A stretch of 64,000 nucleotides of DNA from Leptogorgia sarmentosa (lineage: Eukaryota). Location of the stretch: positions 22,320,001 through 22,384,000 of the forward strand of contig OZ210885.1 of assembly GCA_964658305.1 (NCBI GenBank), given 5' to 3'. A program made the position numbers and the translations under genes. The notes below the pieces were generated by a model. It was not told where the DNA came from and searched no databases. It saw only the letters and a list, made by a program, of their open reading frames with translations. Positions 23,417-36,125 of this stretch are shown piece after piece. Numbering within the stretch: the first letter of the stretch is position 1; each line of letters starts with the position of its first letter.

Positions 23417-23866
23417 TTGGGAGCGGTGGTAAAAAAAACACCTAAGCAGGGGACTCTTAAGTTCGAAGTCGTAGGACAACAAAGCGAGCCCCCACAGAGT
23501 ATGGAAGTTGTTGATTCAGAAGGTGTACCGCAGCCACCACCACTATCACCACCACCATCACCATCACCGAGTATGAAAGTTGTCGATTTGGAAGGTGTAC
23601 CACAGTCACCACAACCGAGTACATCACAAGTAGAGGATGACGAAAAGCAGGAAGATACGAAACGGATCAAAAAGCTGATGGGTGGTCAGATTCTAAAACT
23701 GCTCGGACGTGTGGTTGTTGGTGTAAAAAGTATGTCCGAAGATATCGCTGTTCTTAATAGCAAGGTTGACAAGATAGCCGAGACTTCTTGTTTACATTAC
23801 AAACCTACTTTCTATGTGGACAATGATGAACCAATGAGTGCAAAGTATGGTTGCACACTTTTTTAA
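23417..23866 (+). CDS. Polinton hypothetical protein (Pro/Ser-rich, short coiled coil)
   Basis: Open ORF followed by AATAAA (~23913); the N-terminus probably lies upstream and is disrupted. Confidence 0.4.
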   Translation: MGAVVKKTPKQGTLKFEVVGQQSEPPQSMEVVDSEGVPQPPPLSPPPSPSPSMKVVDLEGVPQSPQPSTSQVEDDEKQEDTKRIKKLMGGQILKLLGRVVVGVKSMSEDIAVLNSKVDKIAETSCLHYKPTFYVDNDEPMSAKYGCTLF

Positions 23867-23933
23867 AACATTTTGTTTATGTAGTTTTAAAACATTGTTG
23901 TATGACACATGAAATAAAAGTTTTTTAAACATT

Positions 23934-24374
23934 TTATTGAATTGTTGATAAATCTGGTAATTGTACAGCGTTGAATACTATATCTGACTCATTACCTATT
24001 GCTGTTGTGGGTTTTATTTGTTTGAATTGTAAAGTGTAACAAATATAGGACCCAAACTTTGGTGGGTTATATTCAAATGTGTGATTGAGGAGGAATTTTT
24101 TTTCGGATCGTTTCTTGTCCTTGTATTTTATTGTGCCGAGGATAGCTTCTGTTCCTGTGTCTGTTTGTGTGTCTGTACCGGCTGTGTACAGAAGTAGACG
24201 GAATTGCAATTCCAAATCATTACCAATATTATTATCATCATCGAATGTGTGCGTTAGTAATGTTAGGCGTAAAGCATCTGTGCTTACTAACGGGAAGATT
24301 GGTGAGGGGTATCCAAGGATGGTGCTTTTTGGGTGACACCACGACGGTGCGGGTGTTTGAGAGGGTGATGTCAT
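23934..24374 (-). CDS. Polinton hypothetical protein or distal part of the fibre
   Basis: ORF overlaps the upstream stop (ATGA) and is Thr-rich; function unknown. Confidence 0.4.
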   Translation of the reverse strand: MTSPSQTPAPSWCHPKSTILGYPSPIFPLVSTDALRLTLLTHTFDDDNNIGNDLELQFRLLLYTAGTDTQTDTGTEAILGTIKYKDKKRSEKKFLLNHTFEYNPPKFGSYICYTLQFKQIKPTTAIGNESDIVFNAVQLPDLSTIQ

Positions 24375-25933
24375 AATAAGGAGGCCATTACTGTATTATT
24401 GTATGCGATTGTGATATAATGTAGTATAGTTTTTGCCATATGTAGTTGAGTAGAACCTAACAGGTTTGCTGTGGCTATTTTTAATTTGTCATTAGGAAAG
24501 ATAGTTCCATCTTGTTGCTTGAATCCGGCGAGAAGAGTGTCTCCTCTCATAATACTTTTGAATTTCTGCCTTTCAAAGTCTTTGTGATGTGGAAAATGAA
24601 GTTTATCTGTGAGGTTTGTGGCGTTGTAATTTGCAACGGATAACTGTAGAAATGTAAATCCTCCGTAAATGCTTATTGACATTTTTACCTTCAGGTAAGT
24701 CGGCAGTTACGTACAAAATTTCAATCGTAAATTTTGCTTTGCTGTTATCAGTTACATTCTCGCCAACTCTCGCCAAATAGTATTTGTATGTGTTTCCGTT
24801 GTGGTCCACCGTTCCCAGTCGCCTTAGGAGAGCAGATGAGAAAACATGTGTACCGTTGTGTGTGGTCATGAATACGGTTTTTGCTGTCCCGTTGTTGTGA
24901 TCTTGGATAGCGAATATCTGACTTTGCTTGAGAGTATTGGGCAACAAAAGAGATTCCTGTTTTGACATCAGCGGGGTCTAGGGTGATGTCTTGGGTTATT
25001 TCAATAGGGGCACGAGAACCCAAAATTGGAACTGTTTCGTTTGTGGTGCTTTTTGTTATTACAAGATTCCTTCCTCGACCACCATTGTAAGGGGCTTCTG
25101 TACCCGAATCATCAAATTCGAAGGTTTGGAAAGTATGGGGGTAAGTTATTTGTCCAAAGTTTTTATTGATCATAATAAGTTGCTTTTTTGTGGCAGCGTC
25201 AATATCTCCAACATCTACTTTGTCCCCTTTGTCTCCCTTGGCTCCTTTTTGTCCACACGATCCCGTGGGTCCTTGCGCTCCCGTAGGACCCATAGGTCCT
25301 GTAATGCCAATGGGTGCTATGTTTCCGGTGTTTCCTTTATCCCCCTTCTCTCCTTTTTGTCCTTGCGATCCTGTGGGTCCTTGTGCTCCCGTTGGTCCAG
25401 TAGGTCCAACAGGACCTGTAGGTCCTGCAGGTCCTGGATTACCGTCATTTCCGGCGACACCCCTATCCCCTTTTGGCCCTTTCAGTCCTGTCGGTCCAAT
25501 TGGTCCTTGAGGACCCGTCTGTCCTTGTTAACCTATGGCACCCGTTTTTCCTGGAGGTCCCTGATGTCCCTGATCTCCTTTGTCTCCTTTAGGCCCAGGT
25601 CTCCTTTGTCTCCTTTGTCCCCCTTGTCTCCTTTTTGTCCTGCTGAACCGGTTTTTCCTTGCGGTCCTGAGGGTCCTTGTGCTCCTTGCGAACCCTGAGG
25701 ACCTGGAGGTCCCTGATCTCATTTGGGTCGGGGGTCTCCTTTATTGGCAGCCGTACCAGGGGTCCTTGAGATCCCTGCAATCCCGTAGGTTTCGGAGGTC
25801 CTGTAGGTCCCGCAGGTCCTCATGGTCTCGGAGTGCCGCTTCCGCCACCGCCACTTTTGGAGCTTTTTGGTTTGTAGTCGTATTCGTAACCAAAATTAAG
25901 ATTACCGTTTATGTAGGGATATCCTCTCTTCAT
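24371..25933 (-). pseudogene. Collagen-like (Gly-X-Y) putative virion fibre protein
   Basis: ATG 25933 gives MKRGYPYINGNLNFGYEYD, a Gly/Ser linker, GPxGPx/GDKGDK repeats (~25210-25830) and a beta-rich C-terminal part; stops and frameshifts present. Confidence 0.75.
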
Positions 25934-26059
25934 TGTGAACGGAATGTAAATAAGGGATTTTTATGGGAATATGTGTTTTTATGGATTTCCCGTGTTTGTT
26001 CCTGTGTTTTTTCGGTATAAGTAAAAACTGCTTTTAGTATAGCAGATCATTTCATTACA

Positions 26060-26329
26060 ATGACTATCGATGTGGACTTCTTTTCTAAGGGATGTATTGT
26101 ATTACGTGTCAATATGTGCGCATCAAGCTTTTGCTCCAAATTGTGTGCGGGAATTTCAAATGAAGAATTGAATGCAGTGGTTAGTGAAGATGAGGAGACT
26201 GGAGACGAGATATTTACGGACAAGTTGTTCATTAAGAAAATCTGGAATGCCTGTCTTGAACATGGTTACATTTCGCAAGATTATGATATTCTTGGTCTTT
26301 GGGTGGACAAGATGATACTTAGGTTTTAA
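26060..26329 (+). CDS. Polinton small hypothetical protein (paralog A)
   Basis: 89-aa ORF with upstream TATAAGTA; has a tandem paralog (SKLCAGIS.EE..IKKIW.ACLEHGYI). Confidence 0.6.
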   Translation: MTIDVDFFSKGCIVLRVNMCASSFCSKLCAGISNEELNAVVSEDEETGDEIFTDKLFIKKIWNACLEHGYISQDYDILGLWVDKMILRF

Positions 26330-26535
26330 ATACATAATTTCCCGTGGTTTTTCAGTATAAGTAAAACTGCTTTTAGTATGATAGATTTAGTATAGGTTAT
26401 ACATAGCAGTTACAATGACGATAGTTGAACTGGACTTTCGTTACCACCACTGACGCAGCGTGGCGCGCGTCAATGTTTATGCATCAGATTTTTACTCCAA
26501 GCTGTGTGCAGGAATCTCAGAGGAAGAAATGCGTG

Positions 26536-29500
26536 TATTCGGGATTTCTTGGCCCCCCAAAAGAATCGTATCCCAAACAAATCACAGTAAAGTATCGTTT
26601 TTCTTTTTATTCTCACATGCTTGTTTACAACTACCCAACCACAACAACCCTCGTGTTCTACGTCATCGTACGATGACGTATGCCCCAAATGTACTTCCGG
26701 ACACACTCCCCCATATAGATTCGTCCATGGGGAATATATATGTCATCCTATGGTCCTTATGACTTTCGAAATAACAGGAATGCTTCTTAACTTTAACGAT
26801 ATAACGTCCTTTTCTAACTTGGGATTTGCCGGTCAGTCATTGTTCTCTGTCCTCTTCGTTAAGATTGTTCTGAATTCGCAACTTTGCTGCAGCGGCCGCA
26901 TCTCTTTGAGGTCTCGGCAAGAACTCTGGGGCTACTGGGTTTAGTACTCCAGGCAATGGACGATCGCACGATAATTCTAAAGGGCAGAGATGTTGGGTCG
27001 CTCGCTCGAGAACTCCGTTGCTTGTTTTGACCTTGGCTCCTCGTATTATTCCATCTCTCCCTGCAATGAGTTCCTGGACCACTCCCAGTTTCCAGTGATT
27101 GCGGTTCTTTGCCTCACCTTTGATAATCACAACCTCGCCAGTCTTCGGATGCAGTGTCTGTTCGCCTCCTGCTCGCCTGTGCTGCTCTCGAAGTGCCCGT
27201 ACATACTCTTTGGACCAACGATTCCAAACCATCTCTTTGCAACGAGTCAGATATTTTGCCCTCTTACGGAGATCCCTATCAGAGATCTGCGACCACTCCA
27301 CATTCGGTAGGTCATTCGGGTTAAGGTTGAGCATGGAGTTTGGCGTGAGCAGCGGGCGTTGAATATCATCCTCCAGATAGTTCAGGGGTCGGTTGTTCAT
27401 TGTTATTTCTACGTCGAGGACGAGTTCTTCGAGTTCTGACCAATGCAAGGTAGCATTTCCGATGGTTTTATGGAAAGCGTTCTTAAACAACCCGATGAGG
27501 CGCTCAAATTGACCGCCCCACCATGGCGCTCGGCTCAGGTTGAACTGCCACGTAATCGCATGTCGAGCCAAGAAGTCGTTGAACTTCTTGCTTATTCGGG
27601 CTTCTTTGAGCCACTTAGCCGCCGCCTTGAAGGTGCTACCATTGTCTGAATATACCAGCTTGGGTCTGCCGCGACGGGCAACGAATCGTTTGAGACTGAT
27701 AATGAACTCTTCTGTGTTCAGGGAGGGAAGTAAATCTAAGAACACTCCTCGGGTTAAACTGCATCCGTATAATGTGAGATAGGATTTCTTCTCTACTTTC
27801 GACTTGGTTCAATACATTATCGGGCCCGCAAAATCGACTCCTATCACTTCGTAAGGCGTATTGCCGCTGGTTCTGGTTCTCGGTAAGTTCCCAGGCGGTG
27901 GTGACGGGAATGGCTTGGTACGGAATCTCTTGCATCCCCAACACTTCCCTCGTACCTTTTTCACAAGGCGTCGAAGTCGTGGGACCCAGTACAGCTCCCT
28001 GATCCTGGCCATGACCAGTCCAACTCCCCCATGCAGTGTTGCAAGATGAGCTTGGTGAACCAGCTTGTCTGTGAAGGGGTGATCATCTGGCAAGTAAATA
28101 GGATATTCGCCTTCGAGACGTCCTCGACATTCTAAGACCTGCTCTTGGTTGCTCTGCAGGTTTAACTGGAGTTTGTCTTTCTCGAATTTAGCTGTGGACC
28201 GTGCATCCCGCTGAACTCGCTTGATCCTCCAGGATCCAGAACAATGCCACCGTACTGTCCAGCCAACAATGGAGGTCCGCTGTTATGCTGGGTTTAATTG
28301 CTTCTTCGACATTGGTAATCAAGTTAGCGGCCATGTGGCCGGCCACCAGTTCTAGCCTCGGTATGGTTAGTCCACGTTTGGCTACGTGTGACTTGGCTGT
28401 CACGATATTCTGTGCTGCTCCACCTTCTTGCTTGACGACAGCATACACTGCTGCGCAAACCCCTTTCCCGCTTGCATCACCGAAGGCATGCAATGTCAGT
28501 TCTTGTATCGGTTGTTGATGCGGTGCGATTGATCTCGGGATGGTTACGAACTCTGGCAAATTGTTATACCACTTGTTCCACAATTTCCTCAATGGTGGGG
28601 GTAGTTCAGCGTCCCATGCAAGCTTCTCGTCGCCGATGTCGCGGAAAATCAGTTTCCCCGATAATGTTGTTGGGGAAACCAATCCAAGGGGGTCATACAC
28701 TTTGGCTAGGGTGGACAAGACTCCTCGTATAGTCGGCTCCGTATGTACCTGAGGAAATTCGATTCTTAGTGTGTCATTCTCTTTTTCCCATGGAAGACCC
28801 AGTAACTTCGATTCTGATGATGTACCTCCCAGTTGCTGTTTGGCATATGATAGTTCCTCATTTCCGTCTTTCCCGTCGTTGTCCAACTCTAACTCGCTTT
28901 CATTGCTGTGCCATTTGTGCAGATTGAATCCAGCATCTTCGAAGATCTCCTCCGCCCTCGACTTCATGGTTTTTGCTTCTTCGACAGTCGCTCCCCCTGA
29001 CAGTAAGTCATCGACATATAAACTTTTATGTATTTCCTCCACAAACTCTGGGTACCGAGTCTCCCACGATACGAGATGTTGATCGATGACCCCACCCAAC
29101 AAGAATGGAGAGGAGGTCAACCCAAATAGCGCTCTAGTAAACCGATAAACTTCTACGTCTGAATGGCCAGGAGGTTTCCAGTGGAATCTAAGAGCGTCAC
29201 GCACCGCTTCCCATATTCGGACCTGCAGAAAGGCTTTCTGCAGATCCCCGGTAATCGCAACTGGGTGAATTCGGTTTCTCACGAGCACTGCCCAAAGCAA
29301 GTTCTGCAAAGCTGGGCCCGGGTGTAGACAGTCATTCAACGATGGCTGGTCATCTCGTTCTTTCGCTGAAGCATCGTAAACTACTCTCAGCTTCGAACTT
29401 TCCGCTTGTTGTCTGATTACTGCCTTATGTGGAAGGTAGAATTCGTTACCAATCGCCTCTGCTGGGGCTACCTCAACCACTCCCTGTTCGATCTGTTCTT

Positions 29501-31869
29501 GAATAACCTTGTCATAAGCTGTATAATTATTGTCCCGCTCTAACTTCTTCACCAGCTGTTGAAGTATTCGGATACTTCCAGTTTTATTGGTAGGTAGCTC
29601 AGCGTGGTTGCCCTTCCAGGGGAGCCCGGTTTCGTACCACCCCTCTGGACTACGCGTCAGCTGCTCCTTAAATTCCTTGTACACTTCGTGTTGGTCTCCC
29701 GAAGGCGAATCAGCCAAACTGAGAACATCCAGACTACAAAGTTGGTCGAAGTCGACACTCTTGGAGCTAGTGAGCAATAGTGGGGCAGTGTCTACTTCTC
29801 TACCTGGTGACATAATTGTCCAGCCGAGTAATGTCTTTTCTGCGATTGGTTGACCCGATGATCCGATTCTTGGTGCCGTCTTCGTTTTAATTGCCGCGTA
29901 TTCACTGGCGCCTAGTACAACATGAACAGGTAAATGTGGGTTTACATCCACATCGTCGATCTGTACTCCCTCAAGATGCGGGTGGTTTTTCAGCAAGGTC
30001 TCGTAATTTGGGTTATCCAAATGCATCAACTGTGGTTTATCCACCTTGGTTACATTGACATCCATGCTAAAATCACCGTGCAATGCTTTCACCTTAACGT
30101 TGTAAATTTCTACTTTTGTTGTAGTTGAGCCAAGCATCATCTCTATACGTTTGGTCTTAGTTTCTGTTGGCTGTTTATGAAGTGCATTAATTAGTCTGGC
30201 TGAAGCATACGAGCTCCCAGCTCCTGTATCAAGTAAAGCTCTCGTCTTGATGCCGTCCACCTCTAACAAAACGACTGGATATATCACCTCACTTTCGTCC
30301 GCTTGATGCGCTGACTTTAACATCTCTGATTTGGCTTCCGGGTCACAGATCGACGTGTGATGTCTTTTACCACAGTTACGACACGTGGTGGTGCTTCGAC
30401 ATTCAGCCGCACGATGTGACCCTCCAGTGCAATTGTAACATAGTTTCTTTTGTGCTAGTATCTTCTTCCGTTCTGCTGGTGTGCTAGCGACTGAACAAGT
30501 TGTCGACTTATGTTCTGTCGAATCACAGTAAACACATGCTCGAGATTTGGTTGTGTCTTTCTTCTGCTGCGTGTTGAATGCCTTAGCATATCTATCTCTT
30601 CGTTTATCTTCAGATTGGTTGTGTTCGACTGGATTTCTTTCAGTCCAATCTTGTAAGGCTTCACATAGTTGAACAAACGTCCATTCTTTCCACTTGGAGT
30701 CGGTTCGTACAAGATCTCCGCGGATGCTCGGAAGTTTGTTAATTGTCATCCTGACATATCCGTTGACGTCGCTCAGTTTATCGAGTGTTTCCAGCGATTG
30801 TACATTATATCGCAGTTTCTCAAAGAATGAATGAATTTTCCTGGGTTGAGATCCGTTAATTGTTGGCAAGGAAATAATTTCTTCGACATAAGCGTTGACA
30901 ATCTCGCTTTCGTTGGCGTATTTTTCGACTAGGATTTCCTTTGCTTTGGCATATCCCTTGTCCGTAAATGGTAGCCCGTCGATGCTTCGTTTTACTTTTG
31001 GGTCCGAGTGTTCCTTAAGATATGAGAACTTCGTTATCGGACTGATGTTTTGGCTGTCGATTATCGCGGTGAATTGGTTCCAGAACCTTAACCAGTCCCT
31101 AAATAGTCCACTAAATTTCGTTATCTGTAGTTTCGGTAGTTTGGCCGGTACTCCATCTGTTAGGGCGCTAGGTTGCGTTCCATCGAATAGTTGTTGATAT
31201 TTAAGCTTTTGATCTAATAGCTTGGCTTCTTGTACGATCTGCTCGTCTCTTTCGTGTTTTTCGTGTTGCTGTTGTAATATCACTTGAGCCCGTTCGAATT
31301 CAAGTTGTGCTTCTCTCTTCTTACCATCCTCAGCTTGTTTAAACTCGTAGTTTATCTCTCGAATCTGGTTTGTTATTTTTCGTACCTGTTCGTCTGCGAA
31401 TTCCATATTTTGTTCGATTACGTTGCTCCATGCACTAACCTCATCTACGCTTGCTCCCGATTTAAACATCTGTTCTTCGATTTCCTCCTTAACGTTGCTT
31501 ACGACCTTTATCATGGCTTTGATCGATGAACACAGCCTTTCCGAGACTTCGGTGTCTGCTTTGGCGATGGTAGATTCGGTCTTTCTTGCTGTAAAATCCA
31601 AGAGGTTTAATTTCGTTTCTAGTTTAGCTGTTAACTCTTCCATGTTGAGTAATTCCCTGTTTTTAGTTGTTGAATTCACAATCCTGCCGTCGGTCGCCAC
31701 GTATTCGGGATTTCTTGGCCCCCCAAAAGAATCGTATCCCAAACAAATCACAGTAAAGTATCATTTTTCTTTTTATTCTCACATGCTCGTTTACAACTAC
31801 CCAACCACAACAACCCTCGTGTTCTACGTCATCGTACGATGACGTATGCCCCAAATGTACTTCCGGACA
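26536..31869 (-). mobile_element. BEL/Pao LTR retrotransposon inserted in the Polinton
   Basis: ~168-bp near-identical LTRs (26536-26703, 31702-31869); PBS TGGCGACCGACGGCAGGAT (31681-31699); PPT ~26704-26712; apparent duplication cgtg. Confidence 0.95.
26837..31751 (-). pseudogene. BEL/Pao gag-pol polyprotein (frameshifted in RH/IN)
   Basis: KLPKLQITKFSG (DUF1759-like), three Cys/His knuckles, LLDTGAGSS, LYVDD, HAFGDAS, IPRLEL, GVDFAGP, SDNG and APWWGGQFERL. Confidence 0.95.
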
Positions 31870-32073
31870 CGTGAGATAAAAATTGAAATTGCCCATGACG
31901 TAATTACGAACAGATCAATTATTAAGAAAATCTGAGATGCATGTCTTGAACATGGTTACATTATGCAACATCAAGATTTTCTCGGTTCTTTTAAGGGGAT
32001 GATAATGATACAGACTTAAGTGGAAAGCATGTAAAACTATTTTTAAATGCAACTGATTATTCATACAGTAAAC

Positions 32074-32301
32074 ATGGGTAGTGCAGGTAGTAAGAAAAAA
32101 AAGCGATTAAATAGAGATACTGATAAGAAACAAATGTGTAAAGTGGGTTTGACTATGCGTTGGGGGGATACGAATGTCGAGGGTTGTCTCAAGACCGAGT
32201 ATCATGGAAAAACAAGAAAAAAGTATTTGCCTGTTAAAGGCAAATTGCCAACCATTGAGGAGGAGCCTATTGACTTTACCATAGGAATAAAAGACGACTG
32301 A
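32074..32301 (+). CDS. Polinton small basic protein with possible N-myristoylation motif
   Basis: MGSAGSKKKKR (MGxxxS plus basic patch) directly upstream of the integrase. Confidence 0.4.
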   Translation: MGSAGSKKKKRLNRDTDKKQMCKVGLTMRWGDTNVEGCLKTEYHGKTRKKYLPVKGKLPTIEEEPIDFTIGIKDD

Positions 32302-32332
32302 CATTTTTTGTTTTCTCATTTCGGAAAAAGTG

Positions 32333-33409
32333 ATGGATGCATACTTGTCTAGTGTTTACTATAATCCAAAACGATCAGGGGGATACGGTGGGGTAGAACG
32401 ATTATAAAATGACGTAAAAAAAGATGGAAAGTTTGACGTATCACGATCTAAAATTAGAAAATGGTGAATGAGTCAAGATACTTATACATTACATAAACCT
32501 GCACGACGTAGGTTCAAACGGAATCGTGTCATTGTCGGCGGCATTGACGAGTTATGGCAAATGGATTTAGCTGACATGCAACCTTTGGCCGGTGAAAATG
32601 ATGGATACCGGTACCTGCTTGAGTGCATTGACGTATTTTCAAAATTTGCTTGGATTGTACCCTTAAAAAATAAGAGAGGTCCTGCTTTGGTAGAAGCTTT
32701 TAAAGTGATTTTGGAGTCGGATCGAAAACCGCAGAAAATTTAAACGGATCAGGGAACAGAATTTTTCAATAGACCCTTTAAGGCACTGATGAAACAAGAA
32801 GACATACAGCTTTACAATACTTACAATGAGACAAAAGCAATAGTTGTGGAGCGCCTTATTCGTACTTTGAAAACAAAAATGTGGCACTTTTTTACAGCTA
32901 AGAAAACATGCAGATACATTGACATGTTGGACGAATTAGCGTACTCATATAATCATAGTAAGCATCGTAGTATTAAGGAAAAACCGGTAAATGTCACTAT
33001 AGAAAACGAGCAAGAAATATGGCATACACTATACGGTGATTGCCCTTCACGTAAAAAAAGAGTAAAGTATAAGTTCTCTGTAGGTGATCAGGTACGATTA
33101 AGTAAAATGAAGCGTAAATTTGAAAAGGGTTATCTTCCTAATTTTTCAAAAGAATTTTTCACTGTAAGCAAACAAGTACCTCGATATCCACCAGTGTATA
33201 AGCTAAAAGACTATAATCAAGAGGAACTTGACGGTACATTTTACAAAGACGAATTACAAAAAGTTATTAAGGAAGATGATGTGTATGAAGTAGAAGAAGT
33301 TTTAAAAAAGAAAGCCAAAGGAAAAAATGAGCAATACTTTGTAAAATGGTTAGGATATCCATCGAAATTTAATTCGTGGATGCCTGCATCTCAATTAAAA
33401 AATATTTAA
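32333..33409 (+). pseudogene. Polinton retroviral-type integrase with C-terminal chromodomain
   Basis: WQMDLADM..IDVFSKFAW..TDQGTEF..VERLIRTLK..KFEKGY..YEVEEV..YFVKWLGYP; three in-frame stops. Confidence 0.95.
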
Positions 33410-33459
33410 AAAACAATTTTTGTGTGTCTTTTTGTCATTTGTGATCTGACGTTTTAATC

Positions 33460-34217
33460 ATGAACACTAAGGAAAATGCTTCTGATTTTTACATTACACT
33501 TCCAAGTAATACGTCTGCAGACTCTTTTCCCAATAATACCGCATCCGAGTATATGACAAAGTTTTCCCGACGTATTCAGCTAAATGGCGAATGGGAAGTT
33601 GCGTTGCATACCATATCCTATGTGAAATGGAATACGATAGAATTAAGTGGGGAATCCATTCATTATACCGTAAATGGTACCAAAAAAACAGGATCACCAT
33701 TAAAGGATTACTATACAACCGTCAAGGAATATGTCGCAGATGTCAATGCATCTATTCCAAAAGAGGATAAGGGAAAAATTACCTTTACTATCCATTCCGG
33801 AAAAGTTACTGTTACATTAGAAAACGGGTATACGGTTCATTTACGAAAAGAACAGGCTATTATTCTTGGTTTTCTCACGTTTTATGATTCCGATATTGTT
33901 AAAAAAATTACTGCTACGGAAACGGGAAATCACGAAGCTAACTTACACCGCGAAACAAACATTTACGTTTACTGCGATATTATTCAACCGCAAATTGTTG
34001 GAAACCAAACCGTTCCATTATTGGATATTGTTCGGGATGAAGGAAAAGGAAAACGTGAAATGACGCACTCCACCAAAAACCTACACTATGTACCTCTTCG
34101 TATAAAATCATTTGAAGAAGTAAAGGTTCTTTTAAGGAGTAGCACGAATGAACGTATCTCATTTGAGCACGGACATACGTCGATAACACTACACTTTAGA
34201 CAAAAAAAAACTTTTAA
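33460..34217 (+). CDS. Polinton minor capsid protein (penton)
   Basis: FYITLPSN..FPNNTASEY..GEWEVAL..IYVYCDIIQPQIVG..PLL..HYVPL..ITLHFR; the stop is blurred by an A-run. Confidence 0.85.
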
Positions 34218-34218
34218 A

Positions 34219-34681
34219 ATGACTCAACAAGGTTATGAGATATATTTCGTAGTAGAGGCATGGCTGCAGCAGGGGAAAAGCTTAAACCTGTTTTGGGAGA
34301 AATTGGTAGAATCGGAGCAGTTGTAGGAGCGGACTTGTTAAAAAACATGGTAGCCGGTGTAATTGATGGTAAATCTGTAAAAGAAGCGGCTCGAGAGAGC
34401 GGAAAAGAGGCAGGAAACAATCGATAAATCTTGTAGGAAAAAGAACGGTACAGGCACTAAAAGCACCCTCTAAGGCTAAGCCTGAGGCTACGAAACGTCC
34501 GAGATCGCAATTGAGGGGTGGTAAGAAAAAAGCAAAAAAGTCTCAGAAAGGAGGACGTAAACGGAAAAAATCACAATCTGGAGGAAAGCTTAAAAGAAGA
34601 AAAGCTGTAGGTGTTGTGTTTCCGAGAGCAATGATGTCAAAACAGAGAAGGTCTTTACCTGCAAAGGATATATTTGGTTAA
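34219..34681 (+). pseudogene. Basic core (pVII-like) protein
   Basis: Ala/Gly-rich then Lys/Arg-rich, ending KDIFG*; lies between mCP and MCP; frameshifted. Confidence 0.6.
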
Positions 34682-34749
34682 ATAAAGAAAAACGATAGAA
34701 AAGTACTCACATTTAGTTTGACGTTGAATCAGAGAAGAGGTCTTCAAAA

Positions 34750-36125
34750 ATGAGTTACGTACACGATAAATCAAAACGTTGCAGTAAAACCGAAGTTGAT
34801 TTGTTTAACATTCCGCCCACGCAAACAAGCTTGGAAAAAGGTCGTTGGGTCGATTATCATCCTCTTTCAAGAATGACGAGGGACCCATTACATTTCTGGT
34901 TACCGGTGACGACGACTATGTTGACTTATCCAAAACAATTTTGGTTGTTGAGGGAAAAGTGGTAAAGGCTGATGGCACAAATTTAAGCGGTAATGAGCAA
35001 GGGAGTATTGCCCCAGCCAACAATTTTTTACACACCTTGTTCAAACAAGTTGATGTGTACCTGAACGGGAAACAAGTGACACCGGCTATTGGAACCTATC
35101 CCTACCGCGCCTATTTTGAAACATTATTGAATTATGATGTTTCTGCCAAAGAGTCTCAGCTTACATCGGCGCTGTACTATGAAGATACCCCTGGAGAAAT
35201 GGATAATTCAGGAAGTCTTCCCTGAGAGAAAACAATTACCGTACCAGGTACTGGTCATAAAGTTATGGCACCGGGAAGCGGAAATCAAGGTTTCGCCAAA
35301 AGACATCAGTTCATATGGGATGGAAAGCTTCTCACTATGGAGGGACTCGTTTTTGTTGACGCGTTTATGAGCAATCATCTCCTATTGGATAAGGTGGATA
35401 TTAAATTGATTCTCAACCGAAGCTCCGATCAGTTTTGCCTTATTGACAAAAACCAGAACCCTCTTAATGCTCAGGTGAAGTTAACCGATGTTATTCTTAA
35501 AGTTCGTAAAGTCAGAGTGAGCCAAGCGGTTCAAGCAGCACATGCAGTTGCACTAAAGCGAGTGCCTGCCATTTACCCTATCCGACGTGTTGAATGCAAA
35601 AGCGTTTGTCGTGGCCGGGAATGTTCCGTCCATAAGAAAAGATAATATTTTCACGGGAACCATACCAAAATCGTTTGTATTTGGTCTAACAGATGCTGCG
35701 GCTTACGGAAGTTATGGGGAAAACCTGTTTAATTTAAAAAATTATGAAGTATCGTGACGCTTACAGCAAATGGAGAAGAATAACCCTTCAAGCAATTCAA
35801 TCTCAATTACGAAAAAAACAAAGAAAATTTCACACAAGCATTCGGTACTCTGTTCTCTGGTACTGGAAAGATGAATGACAACACGGGGCTCGATATATCC
35901 CGAGAAGATTACCCAAAATGCTACACCCTCTATGCCTTTGATCTAACCCCCGATTTTTGTGGTGCCTCTCCCTATTTTAATGCCATGCAATGTGGTTCGC
36001 TGACAATTGACATCACATTCGCCACCCCACCACCAGCTGCTCTTGCGTTGGTATGTTACAGAGATTTTGAAAATATCATACAAATTGATGGTGAAAGAAA
36101 TGTAATGTACGACATGTCGTCATGA
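34750..36125 (+). pseudogene. Polinton major capsid protein (double jelly-roll)
   Basis: CSKTEVDLFNIPPTQTS..NNFLHTLFKQVDVYLNG..YPYRAY.ETLLNY..YPIRRVECK..YTLYAFDLTPD; several frameshifts. Confidence 0.93.

Larger units (their letters stand above)
26414..32019 (+). pseudogene. Paralog B of ORF 26060-26329, split by the BEL element
   Basis: YSKLCAGISEEEMR|EIKIEIAHDVITNRSIIKKI*DACLEHGYI is restored in frame across the cgtg duplication. Confidence 0.7.

Noticed and set aside
25210..25830. Host collagen gene
   Set aside because: No signal peptide or collagen exon structure; lies within the Polinton TIRs.
24991..26020. Plus-strand Pro/Ser-rich ORFs
   Set aside because: Antisense shadows of the collagen repeat.
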